From: Candidatus Omnitrophota bacterium
GTDB lineage: Bacteria; Omnitrophota; Gorgyraeia; 2-02-FULL-51-18
Assembly (NCBI GenBank): GCA_016197155.1
Contig: JACPWF010000019.1
Location: 1,485-65,484 of the forward strand
DNA: 64,000 nt
Direction: 5' to 3'
Part shown: one piece after another, positions 9,342 through 20,199 of the stretch
Position numbering within the stretch: position 1 is the first letter of the stretch
Layout: each line of letters starts with the position of its first letter
Translations under genes and position numbers: made by a program
The notes under the pieces: generated by a model
Database searches by the model: none
What the model saw: the letters and a program-made list of their open reading frames with translations, nothing else
Told to the model about the DNA's origin: nothing

Positions 9342-10923
9342 GGAAAAATAATTTTTTCAATTCTTCGATCTTGAGCGCGAAGGCCGCCGCAAAATACACG
9401 GCAAGCGCCAACAGGATGCCGGTGAGCAAATAAAGCGACTGCCCGAGCCGCGAATCCGACAGATGCGCCCCGAGCACCGCGCGGTCGTAAAACCACGCGG
9501 CCGCGCCCATGAGAAGGGCCGCGGCGGCAATTTTAAGGAGGCTCGACAAAATTTTTTTCTCATCGAGCGGGCCGATTTTTTTCCGGAGGGCGATGAATAA
9601 AAGCGCCGCGTTCACCGTCGCCGAGAGGCTCGAGGCCAGCGTCAGGCCGCCGATCTTGAGCGGCCGCATCAAAATGAGGCTCAGGGCCACATTCAAAAAA
9701 ACAGCCACGGCCATGGCCTTCACGGGGGTGCGCGTGTCCCGCATCGCGTAAAAGGCGTTCACCAAAATTTTAATGAAACAGCAGGACAAAAGGCCGAACG
9801 CGTAAAAAAAGAGCGCGTTTGACGTGATCGCGGTCGAGGCCGCGTCAAAACGCCCGTGCTGAAAAATGATCCGCACGATCGGGCGAGACAGGACGACCAG
9901 GCCCACGGAGGCGGGCACGACGGCGAGGGCCAGCGAGCGCAGGGCCAGGGACAGCGTCTCCTTGAGACGCGAAATTTCGCCGTTCACCGCCTGCGCGGAA
10001 AAGGTGGGGAGGATCGCCTGCGACAGGGCGATCCCGAAGACCGCCAGCGGCAATTGAAAAAGCCGGTTCGAATAATAAAGCGCCGACTGCCCGCCCGTCC
10101 CCACGAAAGATTCGAAAGACGCCAGGATCGAATCGACAAACACGTTGATTTGATAAAGCGCCGATCCGAGCGCGCGCGGCAAAAGAAGCCGTCCCATTTG
10201 GGCGACGGCCGGATGCCTGAACGAAGGTTTTGAAAAATGAAAACCCTTGGCCAGAAGCGGCCTGACCTGAAAACTCAACTGTAAAACCCCGCCGGCCAAG
10301 ACGCCAAAGGCCAGCGCGAACGGCCCGTAGGTTTTTTCAAAAAAAATTCCGGCCAGGATCATGCAGACATTGAGGAGCGCGGGGCCCAGGGCGGAGCTTG
10401 TGAATTCTTTGAGCGCGTTCAACACGCCCATCGCCAGCGCCGAGAGGCTGATGAGAAAGATGTAGGGAAATAAAACGCGCGTGAGCCGGACCGCCAGCGG
10501 AAATTTATCGGGATCCGAAGAGCTCAGGAACCCCGGCGCGAGGAGCGCCACCACCTGCGGCGCGAAGAGCACGCCCGCCAGGCACAAAAGCGCCAGCGCC
10601 ATCACCAGAAGATAAAAAAAAGTGGAAACGAGCGTCCAGAACTCGTGCCTTTTCTTCTCCCAGGCCTCGGTGAGAACGGGCACGAGCGCGGCATTCGCGG
10701 CCCCTTCGCCCACGAGGTCGCGCAGGGTATTGGGGATCCGGAAGCTCACGACAAAGGCCTCGGCGTTTACCCCGGTCCCGAACGCCGCGGCGATGACCAG
10801 GTCCCGGACAAAACCCAGGACGCGGCTCACGCCGGTTAGGACGCCGATGATGCCCGCGGATCTGGCCAAATGACGATGGGTTGACATCTCAAACTCTTTT
10901 TTGTAGAATACGGGCTCTTTCAA
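9334..10923 (-). CDS. murJ: Lipid II flippase MurJ (MviN)
   Basis: 529 aa polytopic membrane protein. N-terminus ...GFVRDLVIAAAFGTGVNAEAFVVSFRIPNTLR... is diagnostic for MurJ. Confidence 0.85.
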   Translation of the reverse strand: MKEPVFYKKEFEMSTHRHLARSAGIIGVLTGVSRVLGFVRDLVIAAAFGTGVNAEAFVVSFRIPNTLRDLVGEGAANAALVPVLTEAWEKKRHEFWTLVSTFFYLLVMALALLCLAGVLFAPQVVALLAPGFLSSSDPDKFPLAVRLTRVLFPYIFLISLSALAMGVLNALKEFTSSALGPALLNVCMILAGIFFEKTYGPFALAFGVLAGGVLQLSFQVRPLLAKGFHFSKPSFRHPAVAQMGRLLLPRALGSALYQINVFVDSILASFESFVGTGGQSALYYSNRLFQLPLAVFGIALSQAILPTFSAQAVNGEISRLKETLSLALRSLALAVVPASVGLVVLSRPIVRIIFQHGRFDAASTAITSNALFFYAFGLLSCCFIKILVNAFYAMRDTRTPVKAMAVAVFLNVALSLILMRPLKIGGLTLASSLSATVNAALLFIALRKKIGPLDEKKILSSLLKIAAAALLMGAAAWFYDRAVLGAHLSDSRLGQSLYLLTGILLALAVYFAAAFALKIEELKKLFFRD

Positions 10924-10934
10924 AAAGGAACGTT

Positions 10935-11201
10935 ATGGCTCATCGCCGGTCATCCATCAAAAAAATCCGCACCGACAAGCGGCGCCGCATTCAAAACGTG
11001 CGGGTCATTTCGGAACTGCGGACATTCGCGCGCAAAGTGGGCGCCCTCATTTCCGAGAAAAAAGTCGCGGAGGTGGCATCCGCCTCGCGTGATTTTTTTT
11101 CGAGGCTCGACAGGGCCGTCAAAAAAGGCGTCGTTCACAAAAACCGCGCCTCCCGTCAAAAGTCGCGGCTTCAGCTCAAGATCAATTCCCTAAAGAAGTA
11201 A
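10935..11201 (+). CDS. rpsT: 30S ribosomal protein S20
   Basis: Internal ATG at 10935 preceded by AAAGGAA gives MAHRRSSIKKIRTDKRRR..., the canonical bS20 start. It is the only confident plus-strand housekeeping gene. Confidence 0.85.
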   Translation: MAHRRSSIKKIRTDKRRRIQNVRVISELRTFARKVGALISEKKVAEVASASRDFFSRLDRAVKKGVVHKNRASRQKSRLQLKINSLKK

Positions 11202-12153
11202 CCCGGATCAAAAACCGCTCGAGCGCCAGGCGCTCGCCTAAAGCGCCGGTCTTCAGCGCCTCATCGCAAATCAAAAGCTCGCGCAGGACCCCGCCGACTT
11301 TTTCCGCGCTCACGCGGCGGGCCTGAGCCAGCAATTTCTCCGCGAAAAAGGGATGGAGTTTGAGACGCGCGGTGATCTGCTCGGCGGAGAGCCCTTCGGC
11401 CGTGAGCCGGGCCGCCTGTTTCAGGCGGTCCAGACTCCCGGCGAGCACCGCCACGATCTCGAACGCCCTTGTCCCCTCGTCCAGCAAATGGACGGTCATT
11501 TGAATCAGCCGCGCAAAATTTTTCTCGATCCATAAATCCACGAGGCTAAACGCGTCCGCGGCGAGCGACCTTCCGAACAAGGCCTCGATGTCCCGTGTCT
11601 GAATCCCCGCTTTGTCGGCGGTAAAAATGGCGGCCTGCTCGATCGCGGGCGCGAGCGTCGAGGTCTGGCCGCCCACGCGCTCCATTAAAAGAAACGCGGC
11701 CTGCCTTTCAAGGGATTTGCCGTGACGTTTGGCGCGCGCGGCGATCCATTGCGGGAGATCCTTTTCGAAAGGCGGATGGCAGGGCACGACCCGGCAGTGC
11801 CCGGACAGCTCCCGCACGAACGCGTTTTTTTTCGTGTTCGTCTCCTCCGAGGCGATCACGAGAACGCTCGAGGAGAGAAGCCCGGCGTCCAGCCTCGCGG
11901 GGAGCGTTTTTTTCTCATCCTCCGCCAGGGCGCCGGCGTCCCACAAAACGGCCAGTCGTTTTTCACTCAGAAAAGGGACGGTGTCCAAAAAATCGAGGAC
12001 TGACCGGAGCGGGTGCTCGCCCGCGGTGAATTCCTGGAAATTGATCCCGGAATCGGAACGGCCGGGGAAATAGCGGTCGCGGAGGCCTTGAATAAATTCT
12101 TTCTTTAAAAAAGAATCTTTGCCGATGAGAAGGTAGGTTTCGGGGGCTACCAC
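11182..12153 (-). CDS. holA: DNA polymerase III subunit delta
   Basis: 323 aa delta-subunit-like. It sits in the conserved lptE-holA arrangement. Confidence 0.75.
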   Translation of the reverse strand: MVAPETYLLIGKDSFLKKEFIQGLRDRYFPGRSDSGINFQEFTAGEHPLRSVLDFLDTVPFLSEKRLAVLWDAGALAEDEKKTLPARLDAGLLSSSVLVIASEETNTKKNAFVRELSGHCRVVPCHPPFEKDLPQWIAARAKRHGKSLERQAAFLLMERVGGQTSTLAPAIEQAAIFTADKAGIQTRDIEALFGRSLAADAFSLVDLWIEKNFARLIQMTVHLLDEGTRAFEIVAVLAGSLDRLKQAARLTAEGLSAEQITARLKLHPFFAEKLLAQARRVSAEKVGGVLRELLICDEALKTGALGERLALERFLIRVTSLGN

Positions 12154-12692
12154 AATTCGATCGTTTTTTCGACCACGCGGCGCGCCAGGTCCTCGACGGC
12201 CTTCGCGGCGGCCTCATCCTCGCTCAGCGCGTGCGCGCCCGAAAGAAAAAAGGACGTGTCCCCCGTCAGGCCCTGCTCCCGCCAGAGGATCTTGTGGTCG
12301 CGCGCGCGGGTGACCGCGACATTGACCACCAGGCTCAAGCGGTATTCCTGCACGTCGTCCCCCTCGCTGTAGCGGAGCGGGTCGCGGCGGTAATCCGTGA
12401 GCTTGGCCTCCACGATCGCGTCGGCTTTTTCCGGAGAAGTGACTTTTAAATTTCCGTCAAAGATAAAACGGTTGATGATCGCGTTCGTCAGGTCCGCCTC
12501 GACGCCCGGGCGGTACGTGTGGAAGCGCGTGCGGTCGTCCGTCTCGTTCGACAGGTCAATGGCGTTTTTCACCGGCAAAATACTGATCGTTTGGATGTCC
12601 GCCGGCAGAAGCGATTTTTGCGTGTAGCCACAGCCGCCGGCATCGAAAAGGGCCGCGAGCGCAAACATTAAGAAAAAAAATTTTTTTGTCAT
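12147..12692 (-). CDS. lptE: LPS-assembly lipoprotein LptE-like (signal peptide + lipobox Cys)
   Basis: 181 aa with signal peptide ...ALFDAGGCGY (lipobox), located upstream of holA as in the conserved leuS-lptE-holA context. Confidence 0.55.
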   Translation of the reverse strand: MTKKFFFLMFALAALFDAGGCGYTQKSLLPADIQTISILPVKNAIDLSNETDDRTRFHTYRPGVEADLTNAIINRFIFDGNLKVTSPEKADAIVEAKLTDYRRDPLRYSEGDDVQEYRLSLVVNVAVTRARDHKILWREQGLTGDTSFFLSGAHALSEDEAAAKAVEDLARRVVEKTIELW

Positions 12693-13642
12693 TTGCCTTC
12701 TTTCACGATCCCGTCCAGCCGCTTCCGGGCCTCGGCAGACGCCGGAGTCTCGGGGTATTGGGTGATGAGGTCCTGGTAATAAACCCTGGCGCTGGCGAAT
12801 TTATTTTGCTTCTCATAAAAATCCGCGACGTCAAGCTGGGTCATCGCTTTTTTATTCCTCAGGGCCTTGATGGCCTCCTCGGCCTCCACCGACTGCTTGC
12901 TCGCGGGGAAATTTTCCTTAAACCCCTGAAATTCCTCGATCGCGCGGTCGGCATAGGTTTCGTTGTACTGGGATTTTTTCGAGGCCTGCATCGAGGAATA
13001 GGCGATCTGATAACGCGCTTGCGCCACGAGCGTGGAGCTGGGGTATTCGTCGACCACGGTCTGAAACGCCTTTTGGGCCTCTTCGTACTCGCCCTGCGAT
13101 TTGTAAAGCTCGCCGATCTTGAATTGGGCCTGGTCGCCGTAAGTGCCGAACGGCGCGTTCTTCACGATGTGTTTGTAAAGCTCAAGCGCCTTTTCCTGGC
13201 CCGGCAGGGCCGGCACGCCCAGGACTTTCAGCTTTCCGCCCGCGGCGAATTCATTGGCGATGTCGAACTCGCGTTTGACCGCGTCCTTGATCCGGTCGCT
13301 GTACGGGTAACGGTCGATGAGTTTTTGGTAGGCGTCGGCGGCCTTGGCGGTGTCCTGTTTTTGTTCCCACGAAAGCCCGGTGTAGTAGACGGCCTCGGCG
13401 GCCAGGCGTGAATTGGGAAACGCCCCCGGCAGTTTTTCAAACTCCTCGATCGCGCGGTCCCAGTCTTTTTTCTGATAGAAATCCTGGGCCCAGGCGAACT
13501 GCTCCTCGGGCGTGTCCTTGGCCGCCTTTTTGGGATTGATCCATTTTCCGATGTCGGGACTCCACATCCAGGAGGCCTGGGAAGTCCCGGCGGCGCCGAG
13601 CAGAATCAAAAAGACGAATAAAACGACGGGTCTCTTTTTCAT
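12689..13642 (-). CDS. bamD: Outer-membrane assembly TPR protein BamD-like (YfiO family)
   Basis: TPR-rich secreted protein. The probable start is MKKRPVVLFVFLILLGAAG at 13642, so the track ORF N-extension was trimmed. Confidence 0.55.
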   Translation of the reverse strand: MKKRPVVLFVFLILLGAAGTSQASWMWSPDIGKWINPKKAAKDTPEEQFAWAQDFYQKKDWDRAIEEFEKLPGAFPNSRLAAEAVYYTGLSWEQKQDTAKAADAYQKLIDRYPYSDRIKDAVKREFDIANEFAAGGKLKVLGVPALPGQEKALELYKHIVKNAPFGTYGDQAQFKIGELYKSQGEYEEAQKAFQTVVDEYPSSTLVAQARYQIAYSSMQASKKSQYNETYADRAIEEFQGFKENFPASKQSVEAEEAIKALRNKKAMTQLDVADFYEKQNKFASARVYYQDLITQYPETPASAEARKRLDGIVKEGK

Positions 13643-13658
13643 GGGAATTGAACAGGTA

Positions 13659-14240
13659 TTATACAAGATTCTTTCTTTTTTTCGGTACACTTTTCGCGGG
13701 CCTGTCCGCCTCGAGGTTCACGCGGTCCCGGACCCGGAGATCCCCCAGATTGGTCCTGGCCAGCGTGAGCGGCACGGCGTGCGCCCAAAACGCGCCGGCC
13801 CGGACCTTCCCCACCGTGAGACTGACGCCGTTCAGGGCGATCGAGCCTTTTTCGCGAATGAAGCGGCGAGTGTCGGCCGGCGGGCGGATGAGGAAACTTT
13901 TTTCGCTCCGGGTGGTTTTGATTTCCAGCACGCGGCCCGTGCCGTCCACATGGCCCGGCACAAAATGGCCGCCCACCCGCCCCTTCCATTTGAGCGGGCG
14001 CTCCAGGTTCACCCGCTCCCCGGCGCCGAGGCGCGCGAGGTTTGTCCGAAGCCGGGTTTCTTTCAATAAATAAAAAAAGAGCCGCCCGCCTTTTTTCTTT
14101 GAAACCGTCAGACAAGCGCCGTTCACGGACAAACTGGCGCCGATCGGCAGACGCCGCATGCGCGCGGGAACTTTGATTTCCAAAAGAGACTTGCCGGGAC
14201 GCGCGACAACGCCCAAATCCTCGATGATCCCCGTGAACAT
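13659..14240 (-). CDS. ribE: Riboflavin synthase alpha subunit
   Basis: [12 protein letters not shown]... and GASLSVNGACLTV lumazine-binding repeats. The ATG at 14240 overlaps the ribD stop. Confidence 0.85.
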   Translation of the reverse strand: MFTGIIEDLGVVARPGKSLLEIKVPARMRRLPIGASLSVNGACLTVSKKKGGRLFFYLLKETRLRTNLARLGAGERVNLERPLKWKGRVGGHFVPGHVDGTGRVLEIKTTRSEKSFLIRPPADTRRFIREKGSIALNGVSLTVGKVRAGAFWAHAVPLTLARTNLGDLRVRDRVNLEADRPAKSVPKKRKNLV

Positions 14241-15307
14241 CAGAGCGACCCGTGAATCAATAAATCCCGCCCGATCCATTTCGTGCAAAGCCCCCGCACG
14301 CGGAAGGCGTCACACGCCGCTCCGGACCCGCCAATAATTTGCGGGGCCACGAAAAAATAAACCTCCTGAACGGCCTTTTCCTTAAAAAAACTTCCCAGCA
14401 CCTCAGCGCCTCCCTCCACCAGAAGCCGCGCGATCCCCCTTTGGCCCAGGAGACGAAGGAGGGACCGGATGTCCACCCTCCCCTTTTTTTCCGGCACCAA
14501 AAGCAGATCCGCTTTGCCGCGGAATTTTTCCCATTTCCGGCGCGGGGCCGCGCGCGTGACCGCGATCCAGACGGGCGCCGGGGATTTTTGGGAGAAGATT
14601 TTCGCGTTCACGGGTGTCCGCAGACGGCTGTCCAAAACGATTTTCACGGGATTTTTCCGGGTCTTGGCGTGCCGGACGCTTAAGAGCGGGTCGTCTTTTA
14701 AAACGGTGTTGATCCCCACGAGGATCGCGTCGGCGTGCGCGCGAAGCTCGTGTCCGAAACGCCTGGCCGGCAGGCCCGTGATCCAACGCGGCGCGCCGCG
14801 CGGAGGCTGGGTCTTTCCGTCCAGGCTCTGCGCGACTTTCGCGACCACGTAAGGGGTCCGGCGGCGGACCCAGTGGCTGAAATCCTTGTTGAGCGCCTCG
14901 GCCTCCGCGCGGCGCACGCCGGCAATCACGCGGACCCCCGCCTTTTGAAGCGCGCGGATACCCCGCCCGTGAATCAGGGGATTGGCGTCCAAACACGCGA
15001 TCACGACTTTTTTCACGCCGGCCTCGATGATCCGCCTGACACAGGGCGGCGTTTTGCCGGTGTGCGTGCAGGGCTCGAGCGTGCAGTAGAGCGTCGCATC
15101 CGGAGGGACCGTTCGAAATTTGGAAAGGGCGTTGATTTCCGCGTGAGGGCCGCCGAACCACTCGTGGGCCCCCTCGGCGATGATTTTATTCCGGCGGACG
15201 AGAAGCGCGCCCACGAGCGGATTGGGGTGGACGCCCCCGATGCCGCGCCGCGCCAGCTCCAGCGCCCGCGCCATAAAAAAATCGTGTCTGGAATTTATTT
15301 TTTGCAT
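14240..15307 (-). CDS. ribD: Bifunctional diaminohydroxyphosphoribosylaminopyrimidine deaminase / 5-amino-6-(5-phosphoribosylamino)uracil reductase
   Basis: CMP/dCMP deaminase zinc motif (HAEINAL ... [15 protein letters not shown]) plus a C-terminal reductase domain. Confidence 0.9.
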   Translation of the reverse strand: MQKINSRHDFFMARALELARRGIGGVHPNPLVGALLVRRNKIIAEGAHEWFGGPHAEINALSKFRTVPPDATLYCTLEPCTHTGKTPPCVRRIIEAGVKKVVIACLDANPLIHGRGIRALQKAGVRVIAGVRRAEAEALNKDFSHWVRRRTPYVVAKVAQSLDGKTQPPRGAPRWITGLPARRFGHELRAHADAILVGINTVLKDDPLLSVRHAKTRKNPVKIVLDSRLRTPVNAKIFSQKSPAPVWIAVTRAAPRRKWEKFRGKADLLLVPEKKGRVDIRSLLRLLGQRGIARLLVEGGAEVLGSFFKEKAVQEVYFFVAPQIIGGSGAACDAFRVRGLCTKWIGRDLLIHGSL

Positions 15308-15756
15308 TCGGTCTTGGCAATCCGGTCGAGAATCCCGTTCACGAATTTGGACGAATCGGCTTCCCCGTACCGTTTGGCCAGCTCCACCGCCTCGTTGATC
15401 GCGACCTTCACGGGAATTTCGTCCGTCAGATAAAGGATCTCATAGCCGGCCAGCCTCAAAACATTCCGGTCGACGATCCCCATGCGTTTGATCTCCCAAT
15501 TCTCGGCGAAACGCTCGATGACCTTGTCTATTTCCGTCAATTTTTCCAAAACGCCGCGCGTGAGCTTCTCGGCGTACCGGCGCACCTCGGCGTCTTTTTT
15601 GTCGTTCTCCACCGCGCGCTTCTCCCCGTCGGAAAGGGCCAGGTCCGTGCGGTCGAGCCAAAAATCCTCCAAGACCTCCCCGACGGGATGACGCGTGATA
15701 TCCACTTCGTAGAGCACCTGAAGCGCGAACTCGCGACTGCGCGTGCGCTTACGCAT
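15295..15756 (-). CDS. nusB: Transcription antitermination factor NusB
   Basis: 153 aa, [19 protein letters not shown]... NusB fold, embedded in the rib operon as in many bacteria. Confidence 0.85.
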   Translation of the reverse strand: MRKRTRSREFALQVLYEVDITRHPVGEVLEDFWLDRTDLALSDGEKRAVENDKKDAEVRRYAEKLTRGVLEKLTEIDKVIERFAENWEIKRMGIVDRNVLRLAGYEILYLTDEIPVKVAINEAVELAKRYGEADSSKFVNGILDRIAKTECKK

Positions 15757-16237
15757 GGGCGAGGGATCTTTTGGACAAACGGCGCATCACATTCGCCATT
15801 TGAATGGCTGAAAGCGCCCACTCGCGGCCTTTATTCATCTGTTTTAATCCGACGCGCGCGACGGCCTGTTCGGCCGAGCGCGCCGAAACCATTCCGAGAA
15901 TGACGGGCACCTCGGACTTCATCGACAGTTCGCGGATGCCGCGCGCGGCCTCCATCACCACCTGATCAAAGTGCTTGGTCTCCCCTTTGATCACAACGGC
16001 CAGCGCAATCAGCGCGTCCCATTTCCCGGCCTTCAAAAGTTTTTTCGCCGCCAGCGGCAATTCAAAAGCGCCCGGCACCCAGACCACCGACAGGTCCTTC
16101 TCCCGCGCGCCGTGCCCGCGAAGCGTCTCGAGCGTTCCCTCGAGCAGCCGGCCGGTCAAATATTCGTTGAACTCGGAAACGACGATGCCGAATTTTTTCC
16201 CGCGCGCCGAAAAATGGCCCTTTATTTTTCTAACCAT
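15749..16237 (-). CDS. ribH: 6,7-dimethyl-8-ribityllumazine synthase
   Basis: 162 aa, ...[21 protein letters not shown]...[10 protein letters not shown]... Confidence 0.9.
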   Translation of the reverse strand: MVRKIKGHFSARGKKFGIVVSEFNEYLTGRLLEGTLETLRGHGAREKDLSVVWVPGAFELPLAAKKLLKAGKWDALIALAVVIKGETKHFDQVVMEAARGIRELSMKSEVPVILGMVSARSAEQAVARVGLKQMNKGREWALSAIQMANVMRRLSKRSLAHA

Positions 16238-17444
16238 GACGCTTCAAATCCAGAAAATGGCCGAGCTTGGTTTTTTTTGTGTGCAGGTATTTTTGATTGT
16301 GCCGTCCGGGCGGGATCTCGAGCGGCACGCGCTCGACGACCTCGAGGCCGTAACCTTCGAGGCCCACGATCTTCTTCGGATTGTTCGTCAAAAGGCGGAT
16401 CTTTTTGATCCCGAGATCCGCGAGGATCTGCGCGCCGACGCCGTAATGCCGCAGGTCCGCCGCGAAGCCCAGGCGCTCGTTGGCCTCCACGGTGTCGAGG
16501 CCCTCGTCCTGCAGTTGATAGGCCTTCAATTTATTCAAAAGCCCGATCCCGCGGCCCTCCTGCCTCATGTAAAGAAGGACTCCCGTTTTTTCGCGCGCGA
16601 TGAGCGCGAGCGCGTTGCGGAGTTGTTCGCCGCAGTCACAGCGCCGCGATCCCAAAACGTCCCCGGTAAAACATTCCGAATGGACGCGCACGAGGATATT
16701 TTTTTTCGGATTCAGCTCTCCCATCACCAGGGCGATGTGATAGTCCTTGTCGACGGCGGATTCATAGGCCACGAGCCTGAAGTCGCCGAAGGGGTTCGTC
16801 AGGCGCGTCTCGACGGCCTTCGAAACCAGTTTCTCTTTTTTGCGGCGGGTTTCAATGAGGTCCCGGATCGCGCAGATTTTGAGTTTGTGTTTTTTTGAAA
16901 ATTGAATGAGATCCGGCGTGCGCGCCATGCTCCCGTCGTCGTTCATGATCTCGCAGATGGCCCCCGCCGGATACAGCCCCGCCAATTTCATGAGATCGAC
17001 GCACGCCTCCGTGTGCCCGGCGCGAACGAGCACCCCGCCTTCGCGCGCGCGAAGCGGGAAAATGTGGCCCGGCCGCACGAGGTCGTCTTTGGTCGTTTTG
17101 GGATCAATTAAAACTTTAATGGTTTTCGCGCGGTCGTACGCCGAGATGCCGGTGGTGATGCCGTGCCGGGCGTCGATGGAAACCGTCCAGGCGGTTTTGA
17201 ATTCATCCACGTTCCGGTCGGAGACCATCGGATCGACGCCGAGCGTCTCCAGACGCCCGGCCTCCATCGGCACGCAGATGATCCCGCGCCCGTGCTTGGC
17301 CATGAAATTGACGTGATGCGGCGTGGCGTGCGCGGCGGCGACCACCAGGTCCCCCTCATTCTCGCGGTCGGCGTCGTCCACCACGATGATGAGCTTTCCT
17401 TTTTTCAGATCCGATAAAATTTCGGGAATCGAGCTGAATTTCAT
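16230..17444 (-). CDS. ribBA: Bifunctional 3,4-dihydroxy-2-butanone-4-phosphate synthase / GTP cyclohydrolase II
   Basis: 404 aa with an N-terminal DHBP synthase and a C-terminal GTP cyclohydrolase II (CxxC...C zinc motif RRCDCGEQL). Confidence 0.9.
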   Translation of the reverse strand: MKFSSIPEILSDLKKGKLIIVVDDADRENEGDLVVAAAHATPHHVNFMAKHGRGIICVPMEAGRLETLGVDPMVSDRNVDEFKTAWTVSIDARHGITTGISAYDRAKTIKVLIDPKTTKDDLVRPGHIFPLRAREGGVLVRAGHTEACVDLMKLAGLYPAGAICEIMNDDGSMARTPDLIQFSKKHKLKICAIRDLIETRRKKEKLVSKAVETRLTNPFGDFRLVAYESAVDKDYHIALVMGELNPKKNILVRVHSECFTGDVLGSRRCDCGEQLRNALALIAREKTGVLLYMRQEGRGIGLLNKLKAYQLQDEGLDTVEANERLGFAADLRHYGVGAQILADLGIKKIRLLTNNPKKIVGLEGYGLEVVERVPLEIPPGRHNQKYLHTKKTKLGHFLDLKRHG

Positions 17445-17454
17445 TTGTTTCGCC

Positions 17455-18471
17455 TCAAAAATATTCCTGCATGAAAGCGGTCACGCGCTCCTGAACGCTC
17501 GCGAACGCGTGCCGTCCCCGGGACGTGCGGGGCCTTTGTTTTTCGAGTTCATCCGCCACGTGAAGCAGTCCCGCAAGCGACGCGTATTTCGCTTCGCCGA
17601 GTTTCGCCGGCCCCAAAGGCAGGGCGACGCGCGCCGGGACAGGGATCGCCGGTTGGATAAGGTCCGCGAGATTTTTGTCCGCCGCCAGGTCTCCCGTCAC
17701 CAGGATCTCCGCCGGGGACCCATTTTTTTCCCAAAACGCCTTGATGCGGGACGGTGCGTTTTCGTCCGTCAACCAAAGGGCGTGATCCCGGATCGCGCCG
17801 TCCTCAAACAGGATCCCATTCAAAAAATCCTTTCCCCAATCGAAGATGAGCGACCTTTTCCGCCGGTCTTCCTTCGGGAGAATACCATAGGCCGTGGACC
17901 ACGCCGACACCACCGGGATCGCGTGCGGCACCTGGCACCGGTAAAAAAGTTTCTGCCACATCCCGAAATGTTCGGCGCCGGCCACGAGCAGATGCATCGA
18001 CACGCCGAGCTTCCTTCCGAAAACGCCGACGGGGCTGGCCACCAGGTCGCGGTCATCGATGAGAAAACCGGTCTCTCTGGCGTAGACGACGCTTTTGTCG
18101 AAATGGGCGGCCAGGCGCAGCGCGGTGTGCCGCGCGCGGCGGACATCCGAACGCCGGATCTCGCCCTCTCCGGAAATGGATTGGGAACCCTGGGCGCGCA
18201 CGCTCTCCATTCCGGGGTCATCCAAATTGTAATAGACCGCGCGGAATTTCACGCCGGATGATTTTTCCGCCTTCCGGATCGCCTCGTGGACGCATTCGAC
18301 CGCGTCGCCCAGATGGACGATCCGGCCCCGCTCGACGCCGTCGGCGGCCACTTCCCCGCCGCCCAGAAGATGAAAAGAGCCGTCCGCTTTTTTCTCCGCG
18401 CAGACGGCGATCACGGTTTCGGCGCCGAAGTCCGTCACGCAGAGAGTCTTCCGGGAAAACAATCGGTTCAC
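17455..18471 (-). CDS. ftsA: FtsA-like actin-family cell-division protein, divergent and short (338 aa)
   Basis: Aligns with E. coli FtsA subdomain 1C ([40 protein letters not shown]) and the C-terminal 2A region ([18 protein letters not shown]...). Part of 2B and the C-terminal amphipathic helix are missing. It lies directly after ftsQ. Confidence 0.6.
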   Translation of the reverse strand: MNRLFSRKTLCVTDFGAETVIAVCAEKKADGSFHLLGGGEVAADGVERGRIVHLGDAVECVHEAIRKAEKSSGVKFRAVYYNLDDPGMESVRAQGSQSISGEGEIRRSDVRRARHTALRLAAHFDKSVVYARETGFLIDDRDLVASPVGVFGRKLGVSMHLLVAGAEHFGMWQKLFYRCQVPHAIPVVSAWSTAYGILPKEDRRKRSLIFDWGKDFLNGILFEDGAIRDHALWLTDENAPSRIKAFWEKNGSPAEILVTGDLAADKNLADLIQPAIPVPARVALPLGPAKLGEAKYASLAGLLHVADELEKQRPRTSRGRHAFASVQERVTAFMQEYF

Positions 18472-19280
18472 CTGGGGCCGATCACCACATCGTCAAAACG
18501 CAAATCGATGTATCGGATCTTGGAAGGGTCCAGCACCACCGAGCGAAGCGTCTGGTCGAGGACTTTGAGGCGTTCGGTGAAATGATTGCCGCCGATCCGG
18601 ATTTCCATTTCGGAATCCACGAACAGGTTGATGTTGTTCGGGTCCGTGATGTCCACCTTCGTCAGCAGGTGCTTTTGCAGGACGCGCGAACGCTTCACCA
18701 TTTCAATGAGCCACATCGCCTTTTTGGTGGCCCGGTCCGAAACGGCCTCGCCGACGTAAAGACCCGCGGCCGGTTTCGGCGACCCCTGGATCACGGTCAG
18801 ATTTTTGAACGGCGCGGGGCTCGAGGCCGGCAGGAGGATCAGGTCCTTGTCGATCTGCACGTAGCGCGAAAACGCCACCTGGGCGGCGGGCGTCCTGCGC
18901 CGGAGCAGAATTTCGATGCGGTTCGGAAGGACCCGTCTCACGCACACCTCTTTAAACTCGGGGTGCTTTCTTTTGATGACCTCCTGGACGTTCACCAGAT
19001 CCAGCGTGATCAGATTTTCCCCGCGGCGCAATTCGCAGAATCCAAACGCCTGGTCGCTCGTCAGCGTCCCGATATTCAAAATCTTCACTTCCGTCAGCTC
19101 GAACGTCGAAGAGTTCACCGCGTAGGCGATCACCCCTCCGAACAAGATTCCCACCAGCGACAGCGACAAAACATACGGGAGGGAAACGATCAAAAATTTC
19201 CGCGACAGATTCACGAGCCTGACGGGAAATTTGGAATCGGCGCCGGAGCGCTTTCTAGGACTTTTTGACCACCTGGCCAC
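18468..19280 (-). CDS. ftsQ: Cell division protein FtsQ/DivIB (single TM + POTRA)
   Basis: 270 aa with an N-terminal TM segment and a POTRA-like region, in the dcw position between ddl and ftsA. Confidence 0.7.
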   Translation of the reverse strand: MARWSKSPRKRSGADSKFPVRLVNLSRKFLIVSLPYVLSLSLVGILFGGVIAYAVNSSTFELTEVKILNIGTLTSDQAFGFCELRRGENLITLDLVNVQEVIKRKHPEFKEVCVRRVLPNRIEILLRRRTPAAQVAFSRYVQIDKDLILLPASSPAPFKNLTVIQGSPKPAAGLYVGEAVSDRATKKAMWLIEMVKRSRVLQKHLLTKVDITDPNNINLFVDSEMEIRIGGNHFTERLKVLDQTLRSVVLDPSKIRYIDLRFDDVVIGPR

Positions 19281-20199
19281 TGGACACCTTCCTTTTGGAT
19301 AAGTCTAAAATTTTAACACAAAGCCCGGGGAAATCGAGGCCCCTGGCCTCGGCCGCTTTGGGCAACAGGCTCTTGCCCGTGAGGCCCGGGATCGTGTTCA
19401 CCTCGAGCACGTAGGGCCTCTCGTCACGGCCCCATATTATATCCACTCGGCCCATCACTTCACAACCTAAACACGCGTAGGCCTCGCGCGCGGCGCGGCG
19501 GACTTTTTCGGCGCTTTCCCCGTCCAATCTCGCCGGAAACTCGTAGCGCGTGCCGGTGTCCCTGTATTTGGCGGCGTAGTCGTAAAATTTTCTTCCGGGG
19601 ATCACTTCCACGATCGGCAAAACCTCATCCCCCAAAATCCCCACCGTGAGCTCGCGTCCGGAAATGTATTCCTCGGCCAGCGCCAGATCGGAATAACGGA
19701 AGGCCTCCTCGCGCGCTTTTTCAAAATCCGCCTCCCGGGTGACGATCGTCACGCCCACGCTCGACCCCGAGGACGCGGGCTTCACGACAAAAGGGGCAGA
19801 AAAAGGGGCGGGGGCCCGGTCCGTTTTTTCTTTGCTCAATATTTTAAAGGCCGGCACTAAAATCCCCGCTTTTTGAAAAGCGCCTTGCGCGATCGATTTG
19901 TCAAACGCGTTCCGGCTCGCCAAAACGCCCGATCCCGTGTAAGAAATTTCGGCCTCTTCCAAAAGGGCCTGCGCCGCGCCGTCTTCGCCGAACGTGCCGT
20001 GGAGCGCGATGAACGCCGTGGAAATTTTCCCGCGTTTCAGCGCCGAAATAAAATCATTTTCTTTCGGATCGACCTTTACGGCGTCCATTCCGAGCCCCGA
20101 CAGCGCCTCAAACACCGCCTGCCCGGAAATGAGGGATATCTCTCTCTCGCAGGACGGCCCGCCGCAGAGGACCGCGATTTTTTCACGGCCGTTTTTCAT
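19255..20199 (-). CDS. ddl: D-alanine--D-alanine ligase
   Basis: 314 aa ATP-grasp, MKNGREKIAVLCGGPSCEREISLISG... Confidence 0.9.
   Translation of the reverse strand: MKNGREKIAVLCGGPSCEREISLISGQAVFEALSGLGMDAVKVDPKENDFISALKRGKISTAFIALHGTFGEDGAAQALLEEAEISYTGSGVLASRNAFDKSIAQGAFQKAGILVPAFKILSKEKTDRAPAPFSAPFVVKPASSGSSVGVTIVTREADFEKAREEAFRYSDLALAEEYISGRELTVGILGDEVLPIVEVIPGRKFYDYAAKYRDTGTRYEFPARLDGESAEKVRRAAREAYACLGCEVMGRVDIIWGRDERPYVLEVNTIPGLTGKSLLPKAAEARGLDFPGLCVKILDLSKRKVSSGQVVKKS

Noticed and set aside
17445-17454. FMN riboswitch upstream of ribBA
   Set aside because: There is only an 11-nt gap between the ftsA-like stop and the ribBA start. No RFN element is possible here.
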